Source: an uncultured Chloroflexia bacterium (GTDB lineage: Bacteria > Chloroflexota > Limnocylindria > QHBO01). From it: a stretch of 64,000 nt of DNA. This document shows positions 51,912 through 61,999 of this stretch, in pieces; position 1 is the first letter of the stretch, and each line of letters begins with the position of its first letter. A program made the position numbers and the translations under genes. The stretch is from the NCBI GenBank assembly GCA_963827475.1, contig CAWHAZ010000005.1, positions 288,001 to 352,000 on the forward strand. Reading direction: 5' to 3'. Below the pieces are notes generated by a model, which ran no database searches, was not told the DNA's origin, and saw only the letters and a program-made list of their open reading frames with translations.

Positions 51912-52545
51912 CTAGCGGGCTGTCCAGCCGCCGTCGGCGTAAACCTCGGATCCGGTCATGAAGCTCGCTCCCTCTCCGGCCAAGAAGCCGATGACCGAGG
52001 CGATCTCCTCCGGTCGGCCCCAGCGCCCGAGCGGAGTGTTAGCCAGGATCGCCTGCTCCATCTCGTTTCCCTTGGCCGCGGCCACCATCGGCGTGTCGAC
52101 GAACCCAGGGTGGATGGAGTTGATGCGGACGCCGTTCGTCGCGTAGCGGATCGCGGCGTTCTTGGTCATCAGGCGCACGGCTCCCTTGCTCGCGTGGTAC
52201 GCGACCGATCCGCCGAATCCGCCGACCGCGCCGAATATCGACGAGACGTTCACGATCGAGCCACCGCCCTGGGCGCGCATGTGAGGGATGACGGCGCGCA
52301 TCCCGAGCCAGACGCCGACCTGGTTGATGCCAACCACTCTCAGGTAGCCGTCCAGGTCTCGTCTCCCCCTCGGCCAGGGGTGCTCCCTCGTCGTCGAGGA
52401 CATCGGTGACCACGACGGTCGCCCCAAGGTCGGCGAGCTCCCGGCAGGCCGCTGCGCCGATCCCACGGGCTGCTCCGGTCACCAGCGCGACCTTGCCCGC
52501 GAGGGACCGGGTCGTGGGTGACGGTCCGACCTCATTCGGCGGCAT
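51912..52545 (-). pseudogene. SDR oxidoreductase with apparent internal deletion and frame change
   Basis: TGAARGIG and YHASK are present, but the DV...NNAG segment is absent; junction near 52360-52372. Confidence 0.7.
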
Positions 52546-52907
52546 CGGCTTCCTCCTTGGTGTGATGAATCGTGCCCGGCGGATGGTGAGGAGGCGCGTA
52601 GATCGTGTACAGCCTCAGCGCCCGACCACCGATGTTGACGAAGTTGTGCCGCGTCCCGGCGCGCACGAACACGAGGTCGGTGGCGCCAACGCTGGTTGTC
52701 TCCTCGCCGAGCCTGGCCTCTGCCTCGCCCTCGACGAAGACCAACACCTGATCGGTATCCGGATGAACCTCGAGCACCGATCTCGCCTCCGGTCGGGATC
52801 GTCATGACCACGACCTGTTCGTGGGCTCCGGTGATGACCTCCCGCCGGAACGCTTCATTCGTGCGGGCCGCCTGGACGATGTCCACGCGGCTTTCCTGCT
52901 TTGGCAT
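52532..52907 (-). CDS. cupin domain protein (frameshifted)
   Basis: N..FRREVITG..QVVVMTIP.GGEIG/EVH..DQ..GTRHN..IYAPPHH. Confidence 0.85.
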
Positions 52908-52953
52908 CTGCGTCTCCCTGTGCGTTCGCGTTCCGTATGGCTCGGATGGCGTG

Positions 52954-53191
52954 TCACCCGGCAGCTGCGGGCAACGGGCATTCTTCGGTCGAGCACCCGA
53001 CCCGCAGGTCGCGCTCGGCCGAGTACGTGACCAGGAGGTGGCAGACTCAAGCATGCGCTCATGCCGACGACCCCACGTCCCGGACACTGCACCCGGCCAT
53101 CGCTGACGTCGCGGGTGCTGCCCGCGCACACGATCCAGGCGGTACCGCGGCTGCGGGGTGGACGCGTGCCGGAAGCCCGAAGCGATGTCAT
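52954..53191 (-). CDS. putative small Cys-rich protein (needs one-base correction)
   Basis: MTSL..VCAG..QCPG..ACL/CHLL..GCSTEEC; GC-rich third positions on both sides of the shift. Confidence 0.35.
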
Positions 53192-53698
53192 CGGCCGTGC
53201 GCCTCCGCCGCCCGAACGTGCCGGCGATCTCGCGTGCCCACTTTCGAATCTCCGCCCAATCGCGGAAGTCACCGTACGGCGCATGGACCACCTTGACGAT
53301 GGCGCGCTCGGCGAGACCGATGTCCTCCTCGAGCCAGCTTGCCCGCGAAGACACGGTGCCCGCGGGCTCCCGATTTCTCGACGATGGAGTGCGACGTCCA
53401 ACGGATCGTCTTCCTGGGTCGGAGGCCTGCCGAGAGGTCCGCTCGAGAACAGCCAGACCGGCCGTCGCCGCAGGTCCTCCTGGAATCGCTCGACGAACAC
53501 CTTCGCCTGCCCCATCCAGTGTCCGGCGTACACGCCGCTGCCGACGATCACTCCGTCCACGTCGTCGAGGGACGAGACTTCTTCGGTGCCACGAGCGAAG
53601 GCCTCGATCCCCGCGGATTCGAGGGTGGCCGCGATCGCGTCACCGATCTCATCTGTGGCGCCATGCTTCGACGCCGTTGTCACCAGTATCCGGACCAT
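53188..53698 (-). CDS. flavodoxin-domain protein (HemG-like), frameshifted; 3' end uncertain
   Basis: ASKHGATDEI, GSGVYAGHW, WLFSSGPLG, GDFRDWAEIRKWA. Confidence 0.8.
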
Positions 53699-53711
53699 CG
53701 TGAACCGCCTT

Positions 53712-54123
53712 TCAGTACGCGTTCCACGTCGGGTTCCAGCTCATGACCAGGACCGCCCACACGAGGACCGCGTCGATCAGGAACCCGACGCAGCAGGTAT
53801 CGGTGGAAGAAGAGCGTAAGGAGCAGCGTCGAGGTCGCCGCGGACAGGAGCACGAGCGCGGGCCAGAGCCCGACCGGGACGATCACGCCGGCCGTCGCGA
53901 GCGCTGACAGGCCGAAACCGGCCACGGTGGCGATCACCAGCACGGTTCCCACCGGCACAGCCACGTGGACGTCGAGGCCCGCGCGCCTGACGAGCCACGA
54001 TTCGGAAAGGTCAAAGGGCCAGGCAGGCGCTCCCGCCTTGGCAGGCGGTCGCGGTGCGAGGTACAGCGCGTGCACGAGGCCATGGGCGGCCAGGAATCCC
54101 GCGACCAGCACGTTGACCATCAT
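53712..54123 (-). CDS. hypothetical membrane protein (frameshift near 3' end)
   Basis: AHGLVHA and four hydrophobic helices. Confidence 0.65.
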
Positions 54124-54166
54124 TCATCGCCTCCGCCCCAGCGTGCCTCCTCTGGGCGCAGGTCAT

Positions 54167-54202
54167 CGGCCGAACGGCCCATGGATTCGGGCCGATCGCA
54201 CC
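54167..54202. promoter_or_regulatory. paired DosR/DevR-like boxes in a divergent promoter
   Basis: CGGCC-GAAC-GGCCC (54167-54180) and GGGCC-GATC-GCACC (54189-54202). Confidence 0.4.
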
Positions 54203-54238
54203 TACTCCCGATTCCTCCGAGTCCGCACTGTCGCGGTC

Positions 54239-54754
54239 ATGTCCGCGACCAGCGCCACCGTCCCCGTGCGCCTGCACACGACTCTGCGTACCGAGTTGGA
54301 GGTCGATGACGTCGGCCGCCTGCTCCGAACCGGCGGTCCTGACCGATGGCTGGGCGACTCGGTGGCGGGAGGGCCGCCGGACATGCGCCGCTACGCGACC
54401 GACCTCAAGCTGAGCCGGCATCCGCTGGCTCGGCGCATCCCACTTCGCAAGTCGGCGTTCGTCGACGTGGGACCGGTCGAGCGGATCGACGAGAACCTCC
54501 GGGTCGAAGTGAGCTGGCGATCAGCATCTCTCGCCCCGCTCTTCCCGGTCTTCTCCGGCTGGCTCACCGTCAGACCGGACGAGATCGTCATCGATGGCCG
54601 CTACGTCCCACCTGGCGGACCGCTGGGCTTCGTGGCCGATCGAGCCCTGATGCATCGCGCAGCCCGTTACACCGCGGAGTGGCTGCTGGGGGAGCTCGCC
54701 CGGGCCGCGGCCGCATCACCAACCCCTGTTGTTCCCTCAGCCAGAACGGAGTAA
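54239..54754 (+). CDS. hypothetical protein
   Basis: LFPVFSG..GRYVPPGGPLG..DRALMHRAA motif. Confidence 0.65.
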   Translation: MSATSATVPVRLHTTLRTELEVDDVGRLLRTGGPDRWLGDSVAGGPPDMRRYATDLKLSRHPLARRIPLRKSAFVDVGPVERIDENLRVEVSWRSASLAPLFPVFSGWLTVRPDEIVIDGRYVPPGGPLGFVADRALMHRAARYTAEWLLGELARAAAASPTPVVPSARTE

Positions 54755-54770
54755 GAAGGAGCCTCACACC

Positions 54771-56146
54771 ATGGGCCGTCTCTTCGTCTACAGCGCCGCC
54801 GTCGCGAGCGTCATCCTGCTGTCACTGATCTACGTCATCGTGGCCGCCGGTTCCGGGATGGGATCACCGGAGGCCAGCCCCGGCGCATCCGCGCCGGCGG
54901 GCGAGGGCGAGATCCTCGGCGAGATCACGATCAACGCCTTCGACCTCGGCTTCGAGCCGGCCACGGTCGATGTTGCGGCGCCGGGCCGATACACGGTCCA
55001 CTTCATGAACGACGGCGCGATCGTCCACGACATCACGTTCGAGGGCGGGACGGCGCAGGTGGCCGACCCGGGCGAGATGATCGAGTTCGAGGTCACGATT
55101 CCCGAGGGCGGAACGACGTTCCTGTGCTCCGTTCCCGGGCACGCCGATGGCGGGATGACCGGCACGCGTGACGGTCGCCGGCGAGCCTGTCGGCGGCGGA
55201 GACGACGGCCACGGCGGCCCGGCCCCCGACACCGACGTCGAGCCCGACCCGGACGCCCCCGACTACGTCCTCTTCCCGCCCGAGGCTCCGCCGCTGCTGG
55301 AGGGGACGGTGCACGACATCGAGCTGGTCATCGAGGAGAAGCCGATGACCGTCGCCCAGGGCGAGGACGGTGGCTTCGTGCAGGCGGTGTGGACCTTCAA
55401 CGGGACCGTTCCCGGCCCGGTGATCCGGGTCAAGGTCGGCGACACGATCCGGGTCCATCTCATCAACCCCGCGGAGAGCCAGGTCGGCCACTCGATCGAC
55501 TTCCACGCCTCGCAGGTGGCGTGGAACGACGAGATGACGACCATCAACCCCGGCGAGGAGAAGATCTACGAGTGGATCGCGGAGTACGCCGGGGTCTGGA
55601 TGTACCACTGCGGCACGTCACCGGCGCTGCACCACATCGCCAACGGGATGTACGGGATGGTCATCGTCGAGCCGGCCGAGGGCCTGGGGCCGGTGGACGC
55701 GGAGGTTGCCGTGGTCCAGAGCGAGTGGTACCTCGGCCCGCAGGGGGAGCCGGCGAGCCTGTCGAAGGCCGCCGCGGCCGCCCCGGCCCCCGACTACGTC
55801 GTGTTCAACGGCGTCGCCAACCAGTACGTCGACAACCCGATCGCGGTCGGGCACCGGGGAGCGGGTGCGGATCTTCGTCCTGAACGCCGGGCCGAGCATC
55901 GACAGCTCGTTCCACGTGGTGGGCACGATCTTCAGCCGGGTGATCAAGGAAGGCGTTCAGCTGAACCTTGGCAACCCGGGCAACTTCGGGTCGCAGGCCG
56001 TGGACCTGTCACCGGCCCAGGGCGCGATCATCGAGATGGAGATGCCCGAGGACGGGCTCTATCCGATGGTGACCCACGCCTTCAACTTCGTCGGCCGTGG
56101 CGCGCTTGGCCTGTTCCAGGCCGGCGACGGTGACCCGCTGAACTGA
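54771..56146 (+). CDS. nirK: copper-containing nitrite reductase (AniA-like) with N-terminal anchor and extra cupredoxin domain; two frameshifts
   Basis: N-domain HDITF..CSVPGHADGGM; core WTFNGTVPGP, HSIDFHAS, YHCG..HIANGMYG, SSFHVVG, VTH. Confidence 0.78.
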
Positions 56147-56149
56147 GGG

Positions 56150-56551
56150 TCAGGCGGCTCCGCGAACGGCGGGGGCGGGGAAGGTGACCTCGACCAGCGG
56201 GCTGCGCTGGTAGAAGATCTCGAACCGATCCTCCGCCTGCCAGTTGCGGGTGACCGCTTCCATGACGCGGCGCCGCTCCTCCGGCTCGGTGATCGGGCGG
56301 GCGACGGCAGGGAGGTCGGCCTTCACCGGCCCGGTCAGGTGGAAGGTCATGTTCGGGTCCGCCACCAGGTTGGCGTACCAGTCGCGGCGACCGGGCATGC
56401 CGCTGAGGATGATGTTGCCGTCGACGTTGTGGAACACCAGCTCGATCCGCCGTGGTTGACCCGAACGGCGGCCGATGGTGGTGATGTCGATGCGGTGGGG
56501 GCGCGCAAGGGCGCGCTGCACGTGGGGGTCGAGGTGGCTGAGGTCGGACAT
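56150..56551 (-). CDS. deazaflavin(F420)-dependent nitroreductase-family protein
   Basis: ITTIGRRSGQPRR, RDWYANLVADP. Confidence 0.8.
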   Translation of the reverse strand: MSDLSHLDPHVQRALARPHRIDITTIGRRSGQPRRIELVFHNVDGNIILSGMPGRRDWYANLVADPNMTFHLTGPVKADLPAVARPITEPEERRRVMEAVTRNWQAEDRFEIFYQRSPLVEVTFPAPAVRGAA

Positions 56552-56720
56552 TGGGGCGGGGCTCGCTATGAGATCTAAAGCGAGACTGTAGTCCGAAACC
56601 GCGCCGGGCGCAAAAACGCCCCGGAGGAACCTGGCGGGCCGCTTGATGCAATCTCCCGACTCGTCCGGCTCCTCCGGGACAACCAGAACAATACGGGACG
56701 ATTGACGGTTCGCCAAGCGG

Positions 56721-56781
56721 CTTATCCACGACTTTCGGCGGTAGGTGGGCGACTTATCCACGACGATTCCACGACTCCACG
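56721..56781 (+). repeat. CTTATCCACGAC direct repeat plus two degenerate TCCACG copies (DnaA-box-like)
   Basis: Full copies at 56721-56732 and 56753-56764; partial copies at 56767-56775 and 56776-56781. Confidence 0.55.
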
Positions 56782-56888
56782 CTCGCGGCCTGGCGGGTCG
56801 CCGGTTAGGTGACGAGGAGCCGCCGCGGCCAGGATCGGTACGGAAGCTCCGCCTGACGCCTGCCTTCGGTCAGAGGGATGAGCCTGGG

Positions 56889-57479
56889 TCAGCGCCTGAG
56901 TTCGTCCGAAATCGGATCCCACGCAAGCACGAGGATTGGCGTCACGGTCGCCGCGGCAATGGAGTTCGCGATGACTGTCGGGATGTACTCGACGGTCAGG
57001 ATGTAATTGAACCCCAGCTGCGGCTGGGTGATCAGCTCGATGAAGATGAACAGGAAGCCAAGCGCGACCGCAACAACGCTGGCCAGAGCAGCAATCAGCG
57101 CCTTCTTGCCGGTGCTCGTCATCCGGTTGGCCAAGAGGAACGGGAACAGCCCAGCGATCAGGCCAACGAGGCCGTTGGCGACGCTCCAGTGCCAGTACCC
57201 GACGGCCTCGTCGATAACGTAGTCGCCGATGATGTAGTCGCCGATCGCGTTACCCAGAAACCCGGTCAGGAACCCCACGATCGGTCCGAAGGCGAACCCG
57301 AAGAAGGTCAGGATCCCGTAGTGGGGGCGGACCGTGACCTCCGTTCCGGGTATCCCGATGCCGTAGGTCAGCGAGTTCATGAACCCCATGATCAACGCGC
57401 CGATGCCGGCGTAGACGAGAGTCCACACTGTCATCGACCACGGGCGCGAAGATGGCTGCCCCGTCGCCGCCGTTGTCAT
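56889..57479 (-). CDS. ECF transporter S component
   Basis: VYAGIGAL, FGPIVGFLTGFLGNAIGD, WHWSVANGLVG. Confidence 0.85.
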   Translation of the reverse strand: MTTAATGQPSSRPWSMTVWTLVYAGIGALIMGFMNSLTYGIGIPGTEVTVRPHYGILTFFGFAFGPIVGFLTGFLGNAIGDYIIGDYVIDEAVGYWHWSVANGLVGLIAGLFPFLLANRMTSTGKKALIAALASVVAVALGFLFIFIELITQPQLGFNYILTVEYIPTVIANSIAAATVTPILVLAWDPISDELRR

Positions 57480-57595
57480 GGCGCGATCCTTCCTCCCTCC
57501 GATTCAGCCATGTTGACCTTAGGTGATCAATGTGCGCCCGGACCCGGCTCATCCACGAGTGTGCCTGGATGGCCCCGATGGTAGCGGCCGCCCGG

Positions 57596-59114
57596 TCAGG
57601 GGTGGAGGGTCACCGTCTCGCCGAGCGCCGGCACCGCGGCCGCCGCGCCAAGGTCCCGGCTGATCCTCGCCGCGAAGGCCGACGCCGCGGTTGGCTCGCC
57701 GTGGGTCACGTACACCGCTCGCGGCCGGCCGTCATCCCTGGCCGCCGTGGCGAAGTGCCCGATCCAGGCATCGAGCTCCGCGCGGTCGGCATGGGCCGAC
57801 AGGCCGGAGATGGAGCGCACCCGGCAGCGGACGGGCCAGTCTTCCCGTCGATCCGCGCCTCCTTGCCCCCGTCGGCCAGGTGCCGGCCCGAGCGTGCCCT
57901 CGCCCTGGTAGCCGATGAACAGGAGGGTGGCCCGCGGATCGGGCAGCAGGTCCTTGAGGTGGTGGAGGATGCGGCCGCCGGTCAGCATCCCCGACGCGCG
58001 ACCAGGATGAACGGCCGGGGGCTGCCCATGATCGCCTTCGACGCCTCGACGCTGGGCGTGCATTCCTGGCCCGGGTAGACCAGCGGTGAGTCGCCCGACT
58101 GGAGGAGCGCCAGCGTCTCGGCGTCGTACGCCTCCGGGTGGCGGAGGTAGACGTCGCTCGCCTCGCAGGCCATGGGCGAGTCGACGAAGAGCGGCAGGTG
58201 CGGGATCGCGGCCCTCCGCAGCAGGTCGTCGAGCAGCCAGACGAGGTGCTGGGTGCGACCGATGGCGAACGCCGGGATGAGGAGGACGCCCCCTCGCTGG
58301 GCGACGTCGCTCACGACGCCCATCAGCTCGTCGACAGCCTGTTCGCGCGGGCGCGTGCTCCCGGTCGCCGTAGGTCGACTCGACGACGACGCGTCGGCGT
58401 GGGTCAGCGGGGTCGGATCGCGCAGGATGGGCGTGTCGTCGCGGCCGAGGTCGCCGGAGAACACGATGGTCTGCTCCGTGCCGTCCGGGTCGCGGACCCG
58501 CAGCTCGATGATCGACGGAGCCGAGGATGTGGCCCGCGTCGTGGAACGTGGCTTCGATGCCGTCGGTGATCGGCGTCGACGGTCGCGTACGGGACCGGCC
58601 GGACGAGCTCCATCGTGCGCCGCACGTCGTCCACGTCGAACAGCGGGGCATGGGTCCGCGTCTCGAGGTCCGGTGGACGCGGCATCCGGGCGGCGGTGGC
58701 GGCCATCTCCATCTCGCTGGCGGTGGCCTCCGACTCGCCTTCGGGCGCGCGCGCCGCGGCCGCCTCGGGATGCCGCCGCTTCCACCGTTCCGCGGCATGG
58801 GCCTGGAGCTCGGCGCTGTCGATGAGGACGATCTCGGCCAGGTCGGCGGTCGCATCGGTCGCGAACACCGGGCCGTGATAGCCAGCCCGGACGAGGGCCG
58901 GCAGCCGACCGATGTGGTCGTTGTGGGCGTGGGTCAGCAGGACGGCGTGCACGTCCTCGGCCGCGTAGGAGAACGCCATCCGGTTGCGCGCGATCTCGTC
59001 CATCCCGCCCTGGAACAGGCCGCAGTCGACGACCACCCGGCGGTCGCCCACGGTCAGCAGGAACTGCGAGCCGGTGACCCCGCCGGCGGCGCCGAGGAAT
59101 CGGAGGGAGATCAT
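57596..59114 (-). CDS. MBL-fold beta-CASP ribonuclease-like protein (multiple frameshifts)
   Basis: FLGAAGGVTGS, DCGLFQG, THAHNDHIG, AGHILGS, FSGDLG, ESTYG, SGMLTGGR, SAHAD, THGE. Confidence 0.88.
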
Positions 59115-59154
59115 CGGCGGGGAGTATGCGGCAGCCGGCGGGTACCATCGGTCC

Positions 59155-60240
59155 GTGGCGTTTCCGATCGAGCCTCCCATCGAGCCGATGCTCGCCAAAC
59201 CGCAGCCGGCGATCCCGGAAGGTCCCGGCTGGCACTACGAGCCGAAATGGGACGGCTTCCGCGCGCTCGTCTTCCGCGACGGCGCGGAGGTCTACATCCA
59301 GAGCCGGGACCTGAAGCCGCTGAACCGGTATTTCCCGGAGCTCGAAGAGCCGCTCCGCAAGATTGGGAAGCCGAAGGATCGGTTCGTGCTCGATGGGGAG
59401 ATCGTGATCGCCACCGATGGGGAGCTGAACTTCGACGCGCTGCTGCTCCGGATCCACCCGGCGGCGTCCCGGGTCGCCATGCTCGCCGAGCAGAGCCCGT
59501 CGGCCTACGTCGCCTTCGACCTCCTGGCCGATGGCGCCCGGGACCTGCGCGACCGCCCGTTTGCCGACCGGCGCGCCGCGCTCGCAAAGCGGCTGGCGAA
59601 ACCACCGGCGTCGGTCCACCTCACCCCGGCGTCCACCGACCCGAAGACGGCGCGCCACTGGTTCGAGGTCTTCGAGGGCGCGGGCCTGGACGGGGTCGTC
59701 GCCAAGCCCGGCGACCTCCGGTACCTGCCCGGCAAGCGGGAGATGATCAAGGTCAAGCACCAGCGGACGGCGGACTGCGCCGTCGCCGGGTTCCGGTGGC
59801 ACAAGAACGGGCCGGGCACGATGGTCGGCTCGCTGCTCCTCGGGCTGTACGACGACGCCGGCACGCTCCAGAGCGTCGGCGTCACCAGCTCGTTCACCGA
59901 GGCACGCCGCCGCGAGCTCGTCGAGGAGCTGGAGCCGTTGCGCAAGGACGCCCTGAAGAAGCACCCGTGGCGGGAGTGGAAGGAGGCGGAGGCCGCCTGG
60001 GCGGGACAGCGGATGCCCGGCGCGACGAGCCGCTGGAACCGGGGCAAGGACCTGTCCTGGGAGCCGCTCCGAATCGAGCGGGTGGTCGAGGTGGCCTACG
60101 ACCACCTCCAGGGCGACCGCTTCCGGCACGCGACGACCTTCATCCGCTGGCGACCGGATCGGAAGCCGGCATCGTGCCGCTACGACCAGCTCGAGGCGAC
60201 GCCGCCCGCGCTGTTGGCCGATCTGTTCGGAGAGGCCTGA
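59155..60240 (+). CDS. ligC: ATP-dependent DNA ligase, LigC type
   Basis: PMLAK, EPKWDGFR, DGEIV, AFDLL, DGVVAK, KVKH, RFRH..WRPDR. Confidence 0.88.
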   Translation: MAFPIEPPIEPMLAKPQPAIPEGPGWHYEPKWDGFRALVFRDGAEVYIQSRDLKPLNRYFPELEEPLRKIGKPKDRFVLDGEIVIATDGELNFDALLLRIHPAASRVAMLAEQSPSAYVAFDLLADGARDLRDRPFADRRAALAKRLAKPPASVHLTPASTDPKTARHWFEVFEGAGLDGVVAKPGDLRYLPGKREMIKVKHQRTADCAVAGFRWHKNGPGTMVGSLLLGLYDDAGTLQSVGVTSSFTEARRRELVEELEPLRKDALKKHPWREWKEAEAAWAGQRMPGATSRWNRGKDLSWEPLRIERVVEVAYDHLQGDRFRHATTFIRWRPDRKPASCRYDQLEATPPALLADLFGEA

Positions 60241-60291
60241 CCGGGCTACACTCGCCCGGCACTCGTCCACCAGCCCAAGGAGAATCGGTTC

Positions 60292-61989
60292 GTGTCCACC
60301 CTTGATCCCAACGCGGCTGTCAGCGACCTCGCCGAGCGGTTCTGGGAGGGCGTTCTCGAACGCGACCCGATCACCGCCACCATCTACGGGGATGACCGGT
60401 ACGACGACCGGTGGCCCGACCTCGGCCCGGACGGCCGCGCCGCGGAGCGGACCGCGCTGTCGTCCGCCCTGGCGGAGGCGGAGGCCATCGACGCCGACGC
60501 GCTCGACGTCGAGTCGGTCATCACCCGCGACCTCCTCATCCTCATCGCCCGCAACTTCCTCGAGGCGCAGGACCGCAAGCTGTACCAGCTGGCGGTGAAC
60601 CACATGTCCGGGCCCCAGACGTGGCCCTCGGAGATCGCCCAGTACCAGCGCGCCGACACGCCGGAGAGCCTCGAGCGCATGCTCGCCCGCTTCGCCGGGT
60701 TCCCCACGCTCATCGAGCAGCAGATCGGGACCCTGGACGAGGGGATCGCGGACGGCCGGACCTCCGCATCCGTCCCGGTTCGGAAGGCGATCGAGCAGAT
60801 CGACCGGATGCTGACCGTTCCTGCCGACGTCGCCCCGGCCGTCGTCCTGGCCAACGTGGCCGACGAGTCCGGCCGCGAGGCGATTCGCGGTTCCGTGGCC
60901 AAGGACATCTATCCCGCGCTGAAGCGCCTGCGGGACTACCTCGCCGACACCTACACGCCTCACGCCGCGGCCACGCCCGGCCTGGGGGACACCCCAGGCG
61001 GGCACGACGCGTATCGGCTGGCAATCCGGATGCAGACGACCGTCGACGCCACCCCGGAGGAGGTCCACGCCTTCGGGATGGAGGACCTGGAGCGGATCGA
61101 GGCCGAGAAGGACGAGATCGCCCGCCGGCAGGGCCATGCCGACCGCCACGCCTTTGCGGCCGCCCTGGCCGAGGATCCGAGCAACCGGACCGATGACCCG
61201 GCGCACATCATCGAGCTGGCCCGCGAGCAGACCGATCGGGCCTACGCCACCGCCCCGCGCTACTTCGGCCGGCTGCCGGCCGCCAACTGCACCGTGCTCC
61301 CGGTCGAGGAGTACCGCGAGCGCGAGTCCGCCCCGGCGTTCTACATGCCGCCGACCATGGACGGGTCGCGCCAGGGCCAGTACTACCTCAACACCTACCA
61401 GCCCGACCAGCGGCAGCTCCACAAGATCGCGGCCATCACCTTCCACGAGGCGACCCCGGGCCACCACTTCCAGATCGCGATCGAGATGGACCTCAAGGGC
61501 CTGGGCCGCTTCCGGACCCTCGGCGCGAAGATGGCCGGCTCGGCCTACGTCGAGGGCTGGGGCCTGTACACCGAGCGCCTGGCGGAGGAGATGGGCCTGT
61601 ACCAGACCGATGCCGAACGGCTCGGGATGCTGGAGGCCCAGTCGTTCCGCGCCGCGCGGCTGGTCGTCGACTCCGGGCTCCACGTCATGGGCTGGACCCG
61701 CGAGCGCGCCATCGAGTTCATGCACGAGCGCGGCTCGCTGCCGATGGTGGATGCCGAGATCGAGGTCGATCGGTACACGATCTGGCCGGGCCAGGCCCTC
61801 TCCTACAAGATGGGGCAGCGGGAGATCGAGCGGGCGCGAGCCGACGTCGGGGAGCAGCTCGGCGCCGACTTCGACCTTCGCGCGTTCCACGACGAGGTGC
61901 TGGGCCACGGCTCCCTGCCGCTCGAGACCCTCCGGCGGGAAATCCCCGGCTGGGTCGCGGCGGCGGTCAGGACCCCGACCGGGGCCTAG
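60292..61989 (+). CDS. DUF885 protein
   Basis: HEATPGHHFQ, EGWGLYTE, RLVVDSGLH, PGQALSYKMG. Confidence 0.92.
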   Translation: MSTLDPNAAVSDLAERFWEGVLERDPITATIYGDDRYDDRWPDLGPDGRAAERTALSSALAEAEAIDADALDVESVITRDLLILIARNFLEAQDRKLYQLAVNHMSGPQTWPSEIAQYQRADTPESLERMLARFAGFPTLIEQQIGTLDEGIADGRTSASVPVRKAIEQIDRMLTVPADVAPAVVLANVADESGREAIRGSVAKDIYPALKRLRDYLADTYTPHAAATPGLGDTPGGHDAYRLAIRMQTTVDATPEEVHAFGMEDLERIEAEKDEIARRQGHADRHAFAAALAEDPSNRTDDPAHIIELAREQTDRAYATAPRYFGRLPAANCTVLPVEEYRERESAPAFYMPPTMDGSRQGQYYLNTYQPDQRQLHKIAAITFHEATPGHHFQIAIEMDLKGLGRFRTLGAKMAGSAYVEGWGLYTERLAEEMGLYQTDAERLGMLEAQSFRAARLVVDSGLHVMGWTRERAIEFMHERGSLPMVDAEIEVDRYTIWPGQALSYKMGQREIERARADVGEQLGADFDLRAFHDEVLGHGSLPLETLRREIPGWVAAAVRTPTGA

Positions 61990-61999
61990 CCCCGCGGGC

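Noticed and set aside
57480..57595. Vitamin riboswitch upstream of the ECF S component
   Set aside because: The leader is short and I could not recognise FMN, TPP, cobalamin or other aptamer motifs.
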